Both the position numbers and the translations under genes were made by a program. Positions 45,176 to 57,470 of a DNA stretch of 64,000 bases are shown here, piece after piece (the stretch's first letter is position 1; the number at the start of each line of letters is the position of its first letter). A model generated the notes under the pieces. It did not search any database. It saw nothing but the letters and a program-made list of their open reading frames with translations, and had not been told where the DNA came from. Origin of the DNA: Lama guanicoe (taxonomy: Eukaryota); contig MU053881.1 of assembly GCA_013239625.1 (NCBI GenBank), forward strand, positions 4,423,957 through 4,487,956. The letters run 5' to 3'.

Positions 45176-47774
45176 TTAGGATGCACCAGGTATGCTTTCT
45201 AGACCTCTGATGATGTGTATGTGTATACGTTGTTACGTATACATATATTTACATATATGCACTATTCATATTTATAAGTCTATATTCATATTCATACCTC
45301 GATAGCATTTATCTATAAGACACAAAGCAGGACATAATCATTTATAAAGGCTATAGACCAAGATTTTACTTCCAGCTCTGTATTCAAGGAGAAATTCTAG
45401 CATCAAAACAATGTTGTATTTGAAGAAACACAAGCCCAGGGTCATACAGCCACCAGGTTTATCAGAGGCCAGTTTCCCGACTGCGCTAAATTGCCTCTTA
45501 AAAGTCTCAGCATAAACTGTGGGAAAGGGGAAAATAAGAGCCAAAATATTAGCACTAGAAGGCTCTTCAAGATTTTGCATCTTCCCGACAGAATGCGTCC
45601 TCCCCCTCTCCTGTCTCGTGCCCTTGTCGGGCATCACCAAGAGGTCACAGTACCTTCCCCACTGAACTTCTGAGTCCTTCTGAACATATTGCTCCAGGCA
45701 GCCCCAGCCACTTAACAGAAATGATTTCCTATCCCAGATCTGATCCAGCCCAATCAATTTTTGGATCGAGATTCTGAGGCCCAGCGAGAAGCCCTTATTT
45801 ATCCCAAATTGTACAGCAAGCCAGAGGCAAGGCCTGGGCCACCATGGCTGAACACCTAGTTTGTGTTCCCAAGGGTCAGACATTAAGCTGGAAGGGAGGG
45901 TAGAGACTATCTTCAATATGAGATCACATGGTCAGAAAATCATTTTTTAAAAGACAGATCTTTCATTAATTCCAATTACTTCAAAAGATTTTAATCATTT
46001 GCACCCAAAGGCAACTTACTAGTAAAAAGAACTCAGGAATCAGACCACTCCTGGCTGCCAGCAAGATGCTAAATAGAACCAATTTAGCAGTCAAGCGACC
46101 AAGAAGAGATCTGTGCCTTTTTGGGAGACCAAGAGACAGTTCAGCAAAAATAGAAAGGGGCTGAACAGCTTGAATGGTGGAAAGTGAGGGAAGAGCAACA
46201 CATTTTCCAACTAAAAATGGAACCACAATTGTGTTCACATCTCCACTCCTCGGGCCAGGCAACCCCTACCCCCGGCTCAAGACTAAATCCCAACTGTCCA
46301 AGCCCAACACACAATCCCATCCCTCTGACAGTAATAAGTATGAAGCTATGCAGGACACCATTCTGACCTCAGTCCTGCTGCAGGACTCTGCGGAAAGTCT
46401 GCTCACTCTTAGAATGAGAAACACAGAGAAATTCAATCTCCTTTTCCCTCTGGCAAAAGTTGTTGCATCTGAGTGTGGTGACTGGGCTATGGCAGCCACC
46501 ATGGCACCATGAGGGAAGCAGTCTAAGGAAAAAAACCTAAGGAGAGAGGAAAGGAAGATTGGGTGGAAACACCCTCGACTGTCGTACTATCACAATGGTT
46601 CGGCAGGGCCGTCCTTGAGCTGTAGTCTACTGTCAGAGGAGTTCTGTATCTGCCAGGGATGTCCCACCTTAGTTTCCCTGCCACACAGATGTAGCAGGGG
46701 CCATGGTCACTTACACAGCCTGTAAGTAGAGGGCTGCAAGGGGCATTCTGTGGCTGTCACAGGCAGCTGGGGAAAAGATATGCTCATAGGGTGGGTGAAA
46801 GACATAGGGGTCCAGCTGGGGATCAAAGTCTGTGTGATGGTCATATGCCCTGCTCCCCCCAGGCACTCAGTCAACCTCTTTCAGTGACATCAGTGGTGTC
46901 ACCCGGGTACCTGGCTGTTGTCACTGCTGTGGGAACTCGAGGGCATGATGTGGTGTGGGCCGGGGTGGGAGGAGGGAAAGCTAGGCTCACAAGGTCCAGG
47001 AGCCACAAGCACTGGCTGACCACTGAGTTACTCCTCGGATAGAAGCTTGGCTGCTGCATCAGGGATGCAAAATTAGTGGCTTAAAGGAGAAAGCAGATGG
47101 CACGTCCCCGCCAGTCAGTGCAGGTGCAGGGTGGAAACTAGGGCCCAGGCTCCCGCACTCTTGTTGCTCTGCCCTCCCCGGAGCACTGCAGAAGCCTACT
47201 GTCGGCAGAATCTTATTGATGGGACAACATCTTGGCAGCCTGTGTACGTGTCAGGCCCCATTCTAAACACTTTCTAGATAAGGATCCTTTAACCTCTCTC
47301 CTCTGGGGTAGATAATAGTCTCTCAGTTTTGCAGAAAGCAAGGCAAAGAGGTGGAATCACCAGCTCAGCAATCTGGGCCCCTGACAGCCATGCCTCTCAA
47401 CAAGGTGGAGGGGGTGAGGCAAGAGCTGCACACGCCCCTCTCCCTTTAAGGACACAAGACAGACACGTGGGTGAGATCGCCCCCCCCTCCCCGTGGCTGC
47501 AAGGAAGACCAAGGAACACAGCCTTCAGCTGGGCAGGTATGTGTGATGTTTCCAGTGGCATTTCTGCTCCTCTGTCTGGCATGGGCTCTCCCTCAATCTT
47601 TTTGTCTGGATTTATGCCCCCATTACAACCCAAGACTCAGTGCCTCTTGGTAGGGAAGATGCTCCCACCGCTATGCTGGCTGGCTCAGTGCCCCTACCCT
47701 CACCCCAGGCTCCCATAAGCTTCTGGGACTCCTTCAATTTCAGCTCTTATCATTTATTATTATAAGATCCTCCT

Positions 47775-48078
47775 TGGGCCCAACAGGCCTACAGACATTG
47801 TTTAGCCCAGTTTTTAAAAGCAAACAAACAAAAAAACAACAACAAAAATCACACAAAATCCCAAATATATATTTTCTCCTTAAAAATCGTAAAGCACAGC
47901 CATACCGGGCAGTTATTTCTGTGTCGGGACAGTCACCTGGGGCTGACTAGCTCCCTAATCCTTGCACAGAGGACACATGACTTTTCACCCAGCCCCGACA
48001 CTGCCTCACGCCCTGTCTGCCTCATTTATTGATGTTGCCTGCCTGGCGCCTGTAGGAAAGAGGGGTTGCAACCCCCTG
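47775..48078 (+). mobile_element. MER102-like hAT-Charlie element
   Basis: End 'ctcatttattgatgttgcctgcctggcgcctgtagg...ttgcaaccccctg'. Confidence 0.75.
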
Positions 48079-50479
48079 GAACCTGGGTTTCTTGGGGGAC
48101 AAGGTGTGTTTCATCTGGGTGTGCCTTGCACTTGGCACAACGTACACACATGCTCAGCTGAGCCCGTCGAGCGTGTGAACGGATCCCCTTCAATGTTCAG
48201 AATTAAATTGCACTGCAGCTAGGCTTCCACGCCACTCACCCCTCACCCTAAAGGATCTATATTTAATTGTCTTTGCCAGATCAGAGCCTGTGACGGACTT
48301 CACACTGGAGATCCTTCCTAAAAGTCAGAAATGCGGCAGCTCGGAGGCTGTGCGCTGCAGCCTATTCACAGCCGGGCTCCCTTTGGTCACACTTCCTGGG
48401 TAGCTGCATTGTACGTGGTGGCAGAGAAGCAAAGGCGACCTTCTAAGTCCGACCTCCCCCGTGCCTCACCCAACCCTCCCTGGCGCCCTTCCTCGCATCT
48501 CTTTTCTCTGCCCAGCACGCCCGCTGTCTGCTCTGCAGGATGGTTTCTTATTTATTTTTTTGTCAGCACTAATCAGAGCGGCGGGGATGGGAATTAAGAG
48601 TCCTGGCCCACGTGAGAGTGCTTTACTGGGGTCTCCAGGGAGAATCTTGTGCCGCCTGCAGCGCCAGAGGTCACCGTCACCTTGGCCTTGAGGTGGCCTG
48701 TTTACCAAAGTGAAATGAAGATATCAGTCAGATGTCAGGGAAATGCTAACAGCGGGCAGGCGCCGGGCACAGAGCCGGGAGCAGGACTGGCCGGGCCGGG
48801 CCATCCCTTCCTTCCCAGTCCTGCAGCACAGAGGCCTCAGTGACTTAGCAACTCCGATAAGAGGTCAATAGGCAAATGTCAGGTCCCTGATTGAACGCTC
48901 CTCCTGGCCTGGTCGCAGGGCCTTCGGGGCTGCCTCTGTCCCTTTTCCACATCCCTCCCCATGTCTATTCAGCGGGAGGAAGGGTAAGTGTTTGTTTGAA
49001 ACCCTGGCCCACCCTCTCCCTATCTCTGGCAGGAAAGAAAACCTTGTCCCTCGGGTCCCAAGGTCTGGAAGCACAATGAGAGCTGGCATCATTATCCTCC
49101 AGCCATAGATGGGAAGAGTGGGGTGTGGACCACGGCTCGTCACTTAGGAGGATGGATGGGACCGGATCCTGCGGCAGAAAAGGACAGGAAACAGTGGAGC
49201 CCTGTTTCTGGCCGTGTGATAGATAGCAGAGCCGTGTGGCCTCCCAACGCGGGGCCTCGTTAAGAAGTCACCATCTGAAACAGGACCCCGGCATCATGAG
49301 GCCCAAGATGAAACAGGCCTAGTAGGTCTGTCTCCCAGGGGAGTGGCTCCTTTTCACATTCTTTCTATTGCTTTTCCATCGTAGGGGTAGACACCCCAGA
49401 TGAGCCCCCTCCGCTCTACTCCGGGGAGTCAGGCTCCACCTCTGTGGGAGCCGGCTGGCACTCCATCATCTAAGGGCAGCCCCCTTCCGCCCTCCCCACT
49501 TCAGCTGGCTCCTCCTTTGGTTTCTTTTGTGAGAAGCTAAAGAGTTACTTTGTCTGTACTCATCACCCAGGTTTTTCTGCAAAGTCTCCTGGCTCCCCAG
49601 TCAGTCAACCTGCTTCCATCCCTTTCTGGCCTTTTCCTCCAGCCCAGAAAGAGGTTTATCAGGATAAACCCCATCCATCCTGAGAGCCCTGCCCTGCTCT
49701 TCTCTAAAGCTAGACCGCTCACTATTTTGTGGATATCATTTCAGGGTAAAACAGCAAGAAAATGAGGACCCCTTCCACCTTTCCAGAAAGTTTAAATTGT
49801 CACCAACTTGCAGAGGCTGCCCTTGCTGCTTGTGAAAGGGCAGTGCTGAAAATGTGGTTTCATTTTTCCTGCCGCAAGGGCAGGGGTTGAATAAAAAGCT
49901 CCCTGGTTCCTTCCAAGCCTGAGAGCAGAACTTTGCCATTTGGGGGTGGGGGCATCTGTCGGCCACGCCAGGTTGCTCTGTTCCCGCAGGTCACTGACTC
50001 TGGATCACTTGGTGAGCCCCGCCAGTAGGATCATGCAGCAGGAGTGGGCAGAACCCGGGAAGCGGTGCTCACCAGCAATGTGGGCTCAGGAGTTCTGTTA
50101 AAGTTTGGAGGATGACTGGAGAGCTCCCCTGTGGGACACGTGGTCTGGGCAGCGAGGATGGCTGGAGATGCGGTCCCTGGGTTGGTGTATGCTGCATTCT
50201 CCCTTTTCATGTCTCATGGGGAATGGGGGAATGTCTGAGCAGTGGTGAGCACAGGCCATGGAGAAAATCACCCCCTTAAAGCTCAGAAGAAACAGTAACT
50301 AACGCACAGAGCGATCTCAAATTGTTTTCTCTTCTTCAGGAAATCAAGTGATGTCTACAGGGACCGCCCCTGAGTGTGTTTGGGTTTTCTGAGGATGGAG
50401 GGCTCCCCAGGACCACGCGAGCTGAGGACTCCTGTGGAGTAAGGGTGGGGCCCCACACACATTCCTACCTGCTGCTATT

Positions 50480-51398
50480 TCCTTTTGTGCCCTCCACCCA
50501 CCCCCAGAGCAACTCCCAGCACTGGAAGGTTGACCCTCTGGACTGTGTCAGCCAGTCTCTCTCAACTTCCAGTTTCTGGTTGGGTTTGCCCAGTAGGAGA
50601 TACTGAAAAGAAATAGAAAATGAGGAAGGGAAAGAGGTTGGGGTATCTCTTCCCCATTCCCACCTTCCTAAGGCACAGGTCTCTAGCAGTTGTGTGACCC
50701 TTCAGACCTGGGGATGGTACTGGCCTCTGCTATTATTAATTGTATCAGTTATCTATTGCTGTGTAACAAACCAACCCCGAATGTAGGGGTTCAAAACAAT
50801 CATCATTTACTTGCAGATGATTCTACAGTCTGAGCTGGGCTCATCTAGGAAGTTCTTCTGCTGTTAGGGAATCATTTACATAGCTGCCATCACCTGACAG
50901 CTTGACTTGGTGGATGACCTGATTGGCAGTTGGCGCTGGCAGTTGGCGCTGGCTGTTGGCTGGGTGCCTTGGTTCTCCTCCATGTGGCCTCTCATCACCA
51001 GGCTTCTGTACATGGAAGTCTCCTGTCATCTTCCAAGGAGGTGAAAGCAGAAGTCACAAGGCTTCTGGAAGTCTTGCTTTGGACCTCTTATGACACCATG
51101 TCTAGCACGATCCATTGGCCAAAACAAGTCCCAAGACCAGGCCAGATTCAAGGAGTGGGAAAATGGACTTCATCTTTTAATAGAAGCAACTGCAAAGTCT
51201 TTTTGCAAAGGGGCCTGGATGCTGGGGTGGGGGGAATTTGTGACAATAAATGCCATCTAGCACCATCGTCTTTGGATACCTCAAATTCTTTGGCTCCCTT
51301 CATTTTCCATTCCTACATGATTGGTGCCTTCATTAATGTCTCTTCAGTGGGATCATCTGAATGAAGTTCTATTTCCTGCCAGGACCCTGATAAATATA
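50480..51398 (+). mobile_element. LTR33-like ERVL solo LTR (split by MLT1H)
   Basis: 'ggttgaccctctggactgtgtca', 'tttctggttgggtttgccca', 'cccttcagacctgggatggta'; end 'tatttcctgccaggaccctgataaatata'. Confidence 0.7.
50741..51262 (-). mobile_element. MLT1H-like MaLR LTR nested in LTR33
   Basis: 'tgtatcagttatctattgctgtgtaacaaacc', 'ttctcctccatgtggcctctc', 'ccattggccaaaacaagtcccaagaccaggccagattcaagg'. Confidence 0.85.
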
Positions 51399-51669
51399 CC
51401 TTGTAATAGTAGCACTGTCTCCACTCAATGTATACTTATTGCTGCCTTTGTCACTGTTGTCAACACATAGCCCTGACTTGCCAGCAGTCTGATCTGCAGA
51501 GGCACACTTACATCCTTTGTGCATTTACAGCTGTGGCATTTCATGTCCAATGCAGCCCTACTCATGTGAAGACCAGCTGCCTCCCTGGGGGCAGATAACA
51601 CTTTCCCAGCATGTATCACGGCCCAAACACTGTCCCAAAAGACTGTGTGCTCGAGATCTGACTTGAAGC

Positions 51670-51770
51670 ACACAACAGCCCTGAGAAGGAGACATCATAT
51701 CATTACCACTTCACAGAGGAACAAACTGAGGCACAGAGAGGCTGATTAATTTGCTCAAAGTCACACAGCA
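51670..51770 (-). mobile_element. MIR fragment
   Basis: 'aaactgaggcacagagagg...aaagtcacacagc'. Confidence 0.8.
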
Positions 51771-52439
51771 ACTGGGAAAACGTCTGTCGAAATCTTCCCA
51801 AAGAAATCCTTCTGATTTCTTTCAACACTGATGGTATTTTTTTCAGCTCATGAAAAGTCAGAAATTACAAAGAATTTAAGAAATCTGGATTGTCTCCACT
51901 ATCACATGCAATAAAGCGGGCGAGATAGGCTCTCCTCTGTACAGCGTAACTGATAACCACGCTGAGAGACTGTGAAATATGTAGGACAGAAGTAAACGGC
52001 GGGTGTTAAACGTATCCTGATTTGTGCTGATTTCTGTAGACAGCAAGGCAGATTCAGACACAGTCTGGAACGCATGCCCGTGAGTCGGACGTGGCGTGTG
52101 TAATGTTGCCTTGCCTCACGGTTATACAACACAAACCATGGCCTCTTCCATACTCTGCTGGGGGTTTGCTTTGGAGACACTGTGCTCAAGTCCTTTCTCA
52201 CTGGCTTGTTACTGCAGGGCTGCTGGTGTTCATCAGATCAGACCCTTGCACACAGGTGCATGTCCGGGGCCTGGTTAGTAAAAGATACTTCAGAGAGCGT
52301 TCATAACCTCCAGCCAGCTCTCTACCGGAGTGAGGTTTTCAATGTGCAGAATTAGCACAATCCTGAACGGATTTTCTCGAAGAAAGGCACCCTATTTGTT
52401 TTGTGGAAGGTGCCTTCTCTCACTGGAGGATGAAACGGT

Positions 52440-52995
52440 TTCCTTCTCCCACCTGGAGCGCTGCAGTAGCTTTCTGACCAGCAACCCTGCCTCCTGCCTT
52501 GTGCCCCTCCAGTCCATTCTCCACCCAGAAAGCAGAGCGCTCCTCTTAAAATACAAATCAGGTCATCTGTCTCCCCCCCACCCCGCCTCAACATACTCAA
52601 CGACCCTCCCATACTCAGCACTTCTCCCGAACTCTTTCCTGTGACTGTGCTTGCCTCTTGACTTCATCTCATGCCCTCTCCTCCTTGATCACCAGATTCT
52701 AGCCACACTTGCTTCTTCTCTGCTTTCCAGACAGGCCAATATCACACCCTGCTCAGAGGCTCCGTACTTGCTGTTCCCTCTACCTAGGATGCTGTTCCCT
52801 CAGCTCTCTGCATGGCTGGCTCTGTCTCATCAGGACTCCCCTTGAACATCACCTCCACAGAGAAGCCCTCCCGTCTTGCTCTTTCCCACCACTCGGTTTC
52901 ACTTTAATCACAGCACTTGTCACTAGCAATATCTTTCTGGTGATTTCATTGTGCACTGTCCTTCCCTTGTGAGAAGATAAGCTCCGGGAGAGCAA
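52440..52995 (+). mobile_element. L2 3' region
   Basis: 'cccctccagtccattctccac', 'tgctgttccctctacctaggatgct', 'agataagctccgggagagca'. Confidence 0.85.
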
Positions 52996-54904
52996 CAGGA
53001 CTCTCTGGGGTCACAACCCACCAATTCCAGGTCCCCCTCCAGGCGGCTCCCAGTTCTGAGTTCCAGCCACAGCACCACCCTGCTTCTGGAACAAGTGTCG
53101 GCATTCTGTTCTCAGCAGCTTTGGAAATCAGATCTCATTCCCAAACCCCGTGACTCAGCCAGCAACAAGAAAGACGGCTGGGCTGGGCACACAAGGGTGC
53201 CTTCAGTCTTCAGAGATAGAACGGCCCTCCAGTGATAGTGGAGCCACAGATGAAGGCTGAGAATCAGGCTGGAGGGCTGCCCTGCTCGCTGGAAGCTGAC
53301 CCTCTCCTGGACCTTGCCAGCTCTCAGCATTTCACAGACTCCGCAGTCGCCCATCCTCTTGAATGCGCCAATATCGCCTAGCTACGGAATTACCATGCAG
53401 ATAGGGCTCGGGGAATGAAATTTGATTTCCCTTTGCAGAACAAAGACAAACACACACTCCTCCAGCCCATCCCTGGGAGAGCTGCACGGGGAGGGCCTGT
53501 TTCCGGGCCAGGCATTCAAAGCCCATGGGCTGTCCTGCTTGCTTCAGCAGTTCCTGGCAAAGTGCAACGGAGTTCTCCAGCTTTGAAATCTAATTGCCTG
53601 CCCATGGCTGTGACTTCATCTCCAAAGGCAAAAAAAAAAAAAAAAAGAGTTTTAAGTGCTGGGGGTGGGACAGGGGACAGTTCTCATGGAACCAGCAGAG
53701 ATGAACCTATTTTAGCTATGACATTATACCTTTGGGGGAGGCCGATTTTTCAAAAATGAGTCTGAGAAGCTCCTGTTTAAAAGAGAAAAACCCATAAATG
53801 CAGCTTCTGTCAGTAATGAGAAAATGGAAATCACAGGCAAAACCAGAAAACTCATTCCCCCAGCATCTTAATGATCTCCAGAATAATTGTGCTGGTCTCT
53901 CAAATCAAGGAGTGGACGGTGACAGCTCCGGATTTTCATACGAGGGTCAGATGGGTTCATGTTTTTTTAATTGGGCTCATTTCTAAACCGTGTGCTTGTC
54001 ATGATGCCTTAATCCCTTCCCTGTCCCCCAGAAAAATGCTTTCTCTCTCCGCATTTCCCTCAAACAAATGCAGCTTCTCAAAGGGGAAATGAGCCTCCCT
54101 CTCTTGCAAACAGATTTCTTATCATATGACTGCTCCACTGTGGGTGAACTTGTATTTCTCTTGCATAAGAGAGCAATTTCCTGAAGGGAAAAAAAGAGGG
54201 GAAAAAAATCAAACTGCTGGTCGCTCCTCGTTTTCCATGTAAATATCTTGAGCCTCAGCTCCCAGAGATAATAGGAAAGACAAGGCTTTATTTCGGGAGC
54301 ATGAGTATCAATCTTCCAGATGGCGGTGAAATGCTTTCTTGCATTTGTCTTATTTGGCGGGCCTCCCGAGGAGGAACAAATTCGTTGACAATTTTAAGGG
54401 TTCTCCAGGCAAAAGGTTACCTTCTGGTACAATCTCCTAGCAGGTTAAAGTTCAGCCACGATTAACAGATTAGAAAATTCTGCCAATATGGCTGAATATA
54501 AATTAGTGGCTTTAATTTAGGATGCTTAAAACAAGCAATGAGACCTTAAAAGTAATAAAAATAACAATAAGCCTTAGGACTTTCTTTTTTTTAGACAAAA
54601 GGAAAGTGTAATTTCTCAAGTATGCTCAGAGGTGTGAAAGGTGACAGCAGCCATCAGTTAAAAAAAGAAGCACCAACTCTGTGACAGATGTTGGCCATGC
54701 CACAGAGTCTCAGGGGAGCCTCAGATCTGTCTTGGCCCTTCCACTTTCCTTCTAGGTTCCAGCTACCAGCTTCATCCCTCCCAGAGAGGGCTGGGAGGCC
54801 CATCCCAGGTCCAGTGGGAGGGCAGCTCTGCTATTGAGGGTGACTTGTCATAGAAACAGGGAAGAGGGAGGGAAGAGAGGAGGAGGAGGGGGGCTACCAC
54901 TCCA

Positions 54905-55420
54905 CATTCATTCACTGATGTGACAAATGCTTGTCATACCTACTGCGTGAGGCTCATGCTAGGTGCCTGGGAGTCAATGGTGAGCGAAGCCAGACCCCAC
55001 TCCAGCCCTCTCAGAGCTTACAGAAAAGATAACCTCAACCACATAAACACATAAATAAATAAACACAAGACTGTCTCTGCTGAGTGCCACCAGGAGCGCC
55101 TGGGCACGTGCTCCTGTGCACAGGGAGCAGCAGGGACAAGACCCTCGCGGTGAGTCCAGACAGCGTGCCTAGGGTGAGGGGAGGTGAATGGCCACTAGGT
55201 GTGAATGCCTTCCATACGCCGGGTCCTGGCTGAATATTTTTATGAGATCATCTCATTCATTTCTCGCCCCAGCCCAGTGGGGCGGATGCCATTATAATCC
55301 CATTACCGACGGCTCAGAGAGGCAGCATTGCTCACCCAGGGTCACAGAGCGTACGATGTGGAAGAGTCCAGACTCCAAGCCGGGTGGACTTGCATCCAGA
55401 GTCCATGACCCTGACCACCA
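54905..55420 (-). mobile_element. L2 tail (~54905-55130) and MIR (~55190-55420)
   Basis: 'cattcattcactga...cctactgcgtgaggc'; 'cccagggtcacagagc'. Confidence 0.7.
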
Positions 55421-55979
55421 AGTCTACACAGCCCGCCCAGGAGTGATGAAGACAGGCAAGACCAGCACCCCCTCCTCCCCTCCCTGCACTTGCCCCCCTG
55501 CCCCTCGGGTAGGCACCCACACACGCATGCCCTCCTGCTCCCAAAAGCCAAGGTGACCGTCAGCCTGCTGCCAGCTTCCCCACTTCCTTCCTCCACCGCT
55601 GAAATGTTCCTTTGGGTCCAGTGTGACTCAGGCTAGGAGCAAAGGAAGGCACTGAGCTCCCACCAGGGGTGCAGTTGAGCAGCATGGAGGAAGGGGCATC
55701 TGAGCTGGGCCTTAGAACGTGAACAGGCGTTTGGCCCAGAGAGCAGAAAGAAACAGCCTTCCGGCAGCGGCACGTGGGAAATCCTGGCGGTGTGAGGAGC
55801 AGAGCACATTTGGGGAAAGCAAATGAAGCTCTGCGGCTGGCTCAGAGGTTCCCCCTGCTCCCCGCAGCACACCAACCCACGGCCTGCTTCTCCCCGAGGG
55901 TTCCCCATCTCAGCAGAGGCTCTGTCAGCCTCCCAGGGGCACGAGCCACCAATACAGGCAGCACCCCGGCACCTGCCCA

Positions 55980-56420
55980 CTCACCCGTCCAAGCCGTCAC
56001 CCAGTCCTCCTAATATAGCCCGAGTCTGCCCACTTCTCCACCCCATCCTTGCTGCTGCCCTCCTTCCTGCGCCCACCGGCTCCTCCTGGACCGCAGTCAC
56101 AGCCCCCTAACGGCGCCCCCGCACCTGCCACCCTGCTCTCCTGGGGCAGCCACGGGGGCCTCCATCTCTGCACATCAGAATCCCTGCTGCAAAGTGCTCT
56201 CCAGGGCCCAGCTCAAACACTCCTCCCTGACAAAGAGCCACGCCCCCAGACCAGGTCAGATCCCCTGTTCTGTGCCTCCTGATGCTCTGCACAGCTGGCA
56301 CTTCCACACATACATCTGTGATTACTTGGTCTGATGCTTGGAGCTTCTAGGAGGGTAGGCACTGCCCCTACCCATCCCTGGTCCTGCACCCAGCAAGCCT
56401 GCAGTAAATCTTTGTTGAGT
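55980..56420 (+). mobile_element. L2 fragment
   Basis: 'ccacttctccaccccat', 'gagcttctaggagggtagg...cagtaaatctttgttgagtgga'. Confidence 0.65.
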
Positions 56421-57199
56421 GGACCGGTAGCCATGAAAGCACCAGATGTGTGGCAAGGATGGGGCTTGTAGGGGAGCGGGGAAAGGAATGCATTCCTGGA
56501 GGGTCTCAGCACCACACCAAGGGATGCAAGAATGGCACTGGCAGTCCCTCTGGGAGGGATGGGCTGCAGTGACCTCCTCCTTCCCTGCTGTGGGCAGGCT
56601 TTGGAAACTGGCCAGCAGGCTCCTGGCTCTCTGCACAGCCCCTCTCCCCACCAGCAAATCTGGACTGCTGAGGACACAAGCTGGCCCAGAGAAGGTGTCT
56701 GGAAGGTGAGGTACAGGCACCTGCCACCCACAGCTAGGTGGCACCTCAGTCCCTCCCACATGCTTTGCTGCCCAAGGATGCCCAGGGTTCATTGAGCCCT
56801 GGAAGCTGGCAAGGTGGCCAGCATCTTCCTCAGGTTCCAGAAATCCCAGCAAGGCAGCTGGGGAAGATGGGGCTCCTTCCTGATGGGGGAAGACGGGGCT
56901 GTGTGATGCTCATGGCATTTCTGCAGCTGCCTGAGAGGCAAAAAGATAGGTGGTCTTATTCGTGATGAGGCCAGGCCACCAGGCCAGCCAGAGAGGTCTG
57001 GCAGTTGTGTCAGTACATCCAACAAAGGGGGGTGGCCCAGCCTGAAGCATACCACAGGAAACATTCGTCCACTTGTTCATTCACACGGCAGACACTGACA
57101 ACCTTCCTTCCACAATACGGGCCCGGGACAGGGCCCTGGGGACACAACAATGGACAGGACAGGTCCGGTCCTTCCAGTCCTAGAGCTGATGCAGGGTGA

Positions 57200-57470
57200 A
57201 CAGGCAGGCTGCCAACAGAACCCAGGTCCTGGGCATGTTGGACTTATCCTCAAAAGAAAATGGCTTCCAGCATTTAAACATTGGGCAATTTCATGTCAAA
57301 GTCTAGATTTCTGGCTTCTCTTGAGAAAACTGGAAGATTCCATTCCCTCTTGGTATCAATTGCCTAGAGTGGGTGTCGCTGCCCCCCGAGATGGGCGTGA
57401 GTTCTGCAGCCCATCAGTGCCCCGGCTCTCTGTGGACTTACACTCATTCCTATTAGCTCCTGGCCCTGCG
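57200..57470 (+). mobile_element. MER102-like hAT-Charlie element
   Basis: 'catttaaacattgggcaatttcatgtcaaagtctagatttctggcttctcttgagaaaactggaaga'. Confidence 0.8.

Noticed and set aside
50925..50960. Tandem 13-mer tggcagttggcgc x2
   Set aside because: A simple slippage duplication inside the MLT1H LTR.
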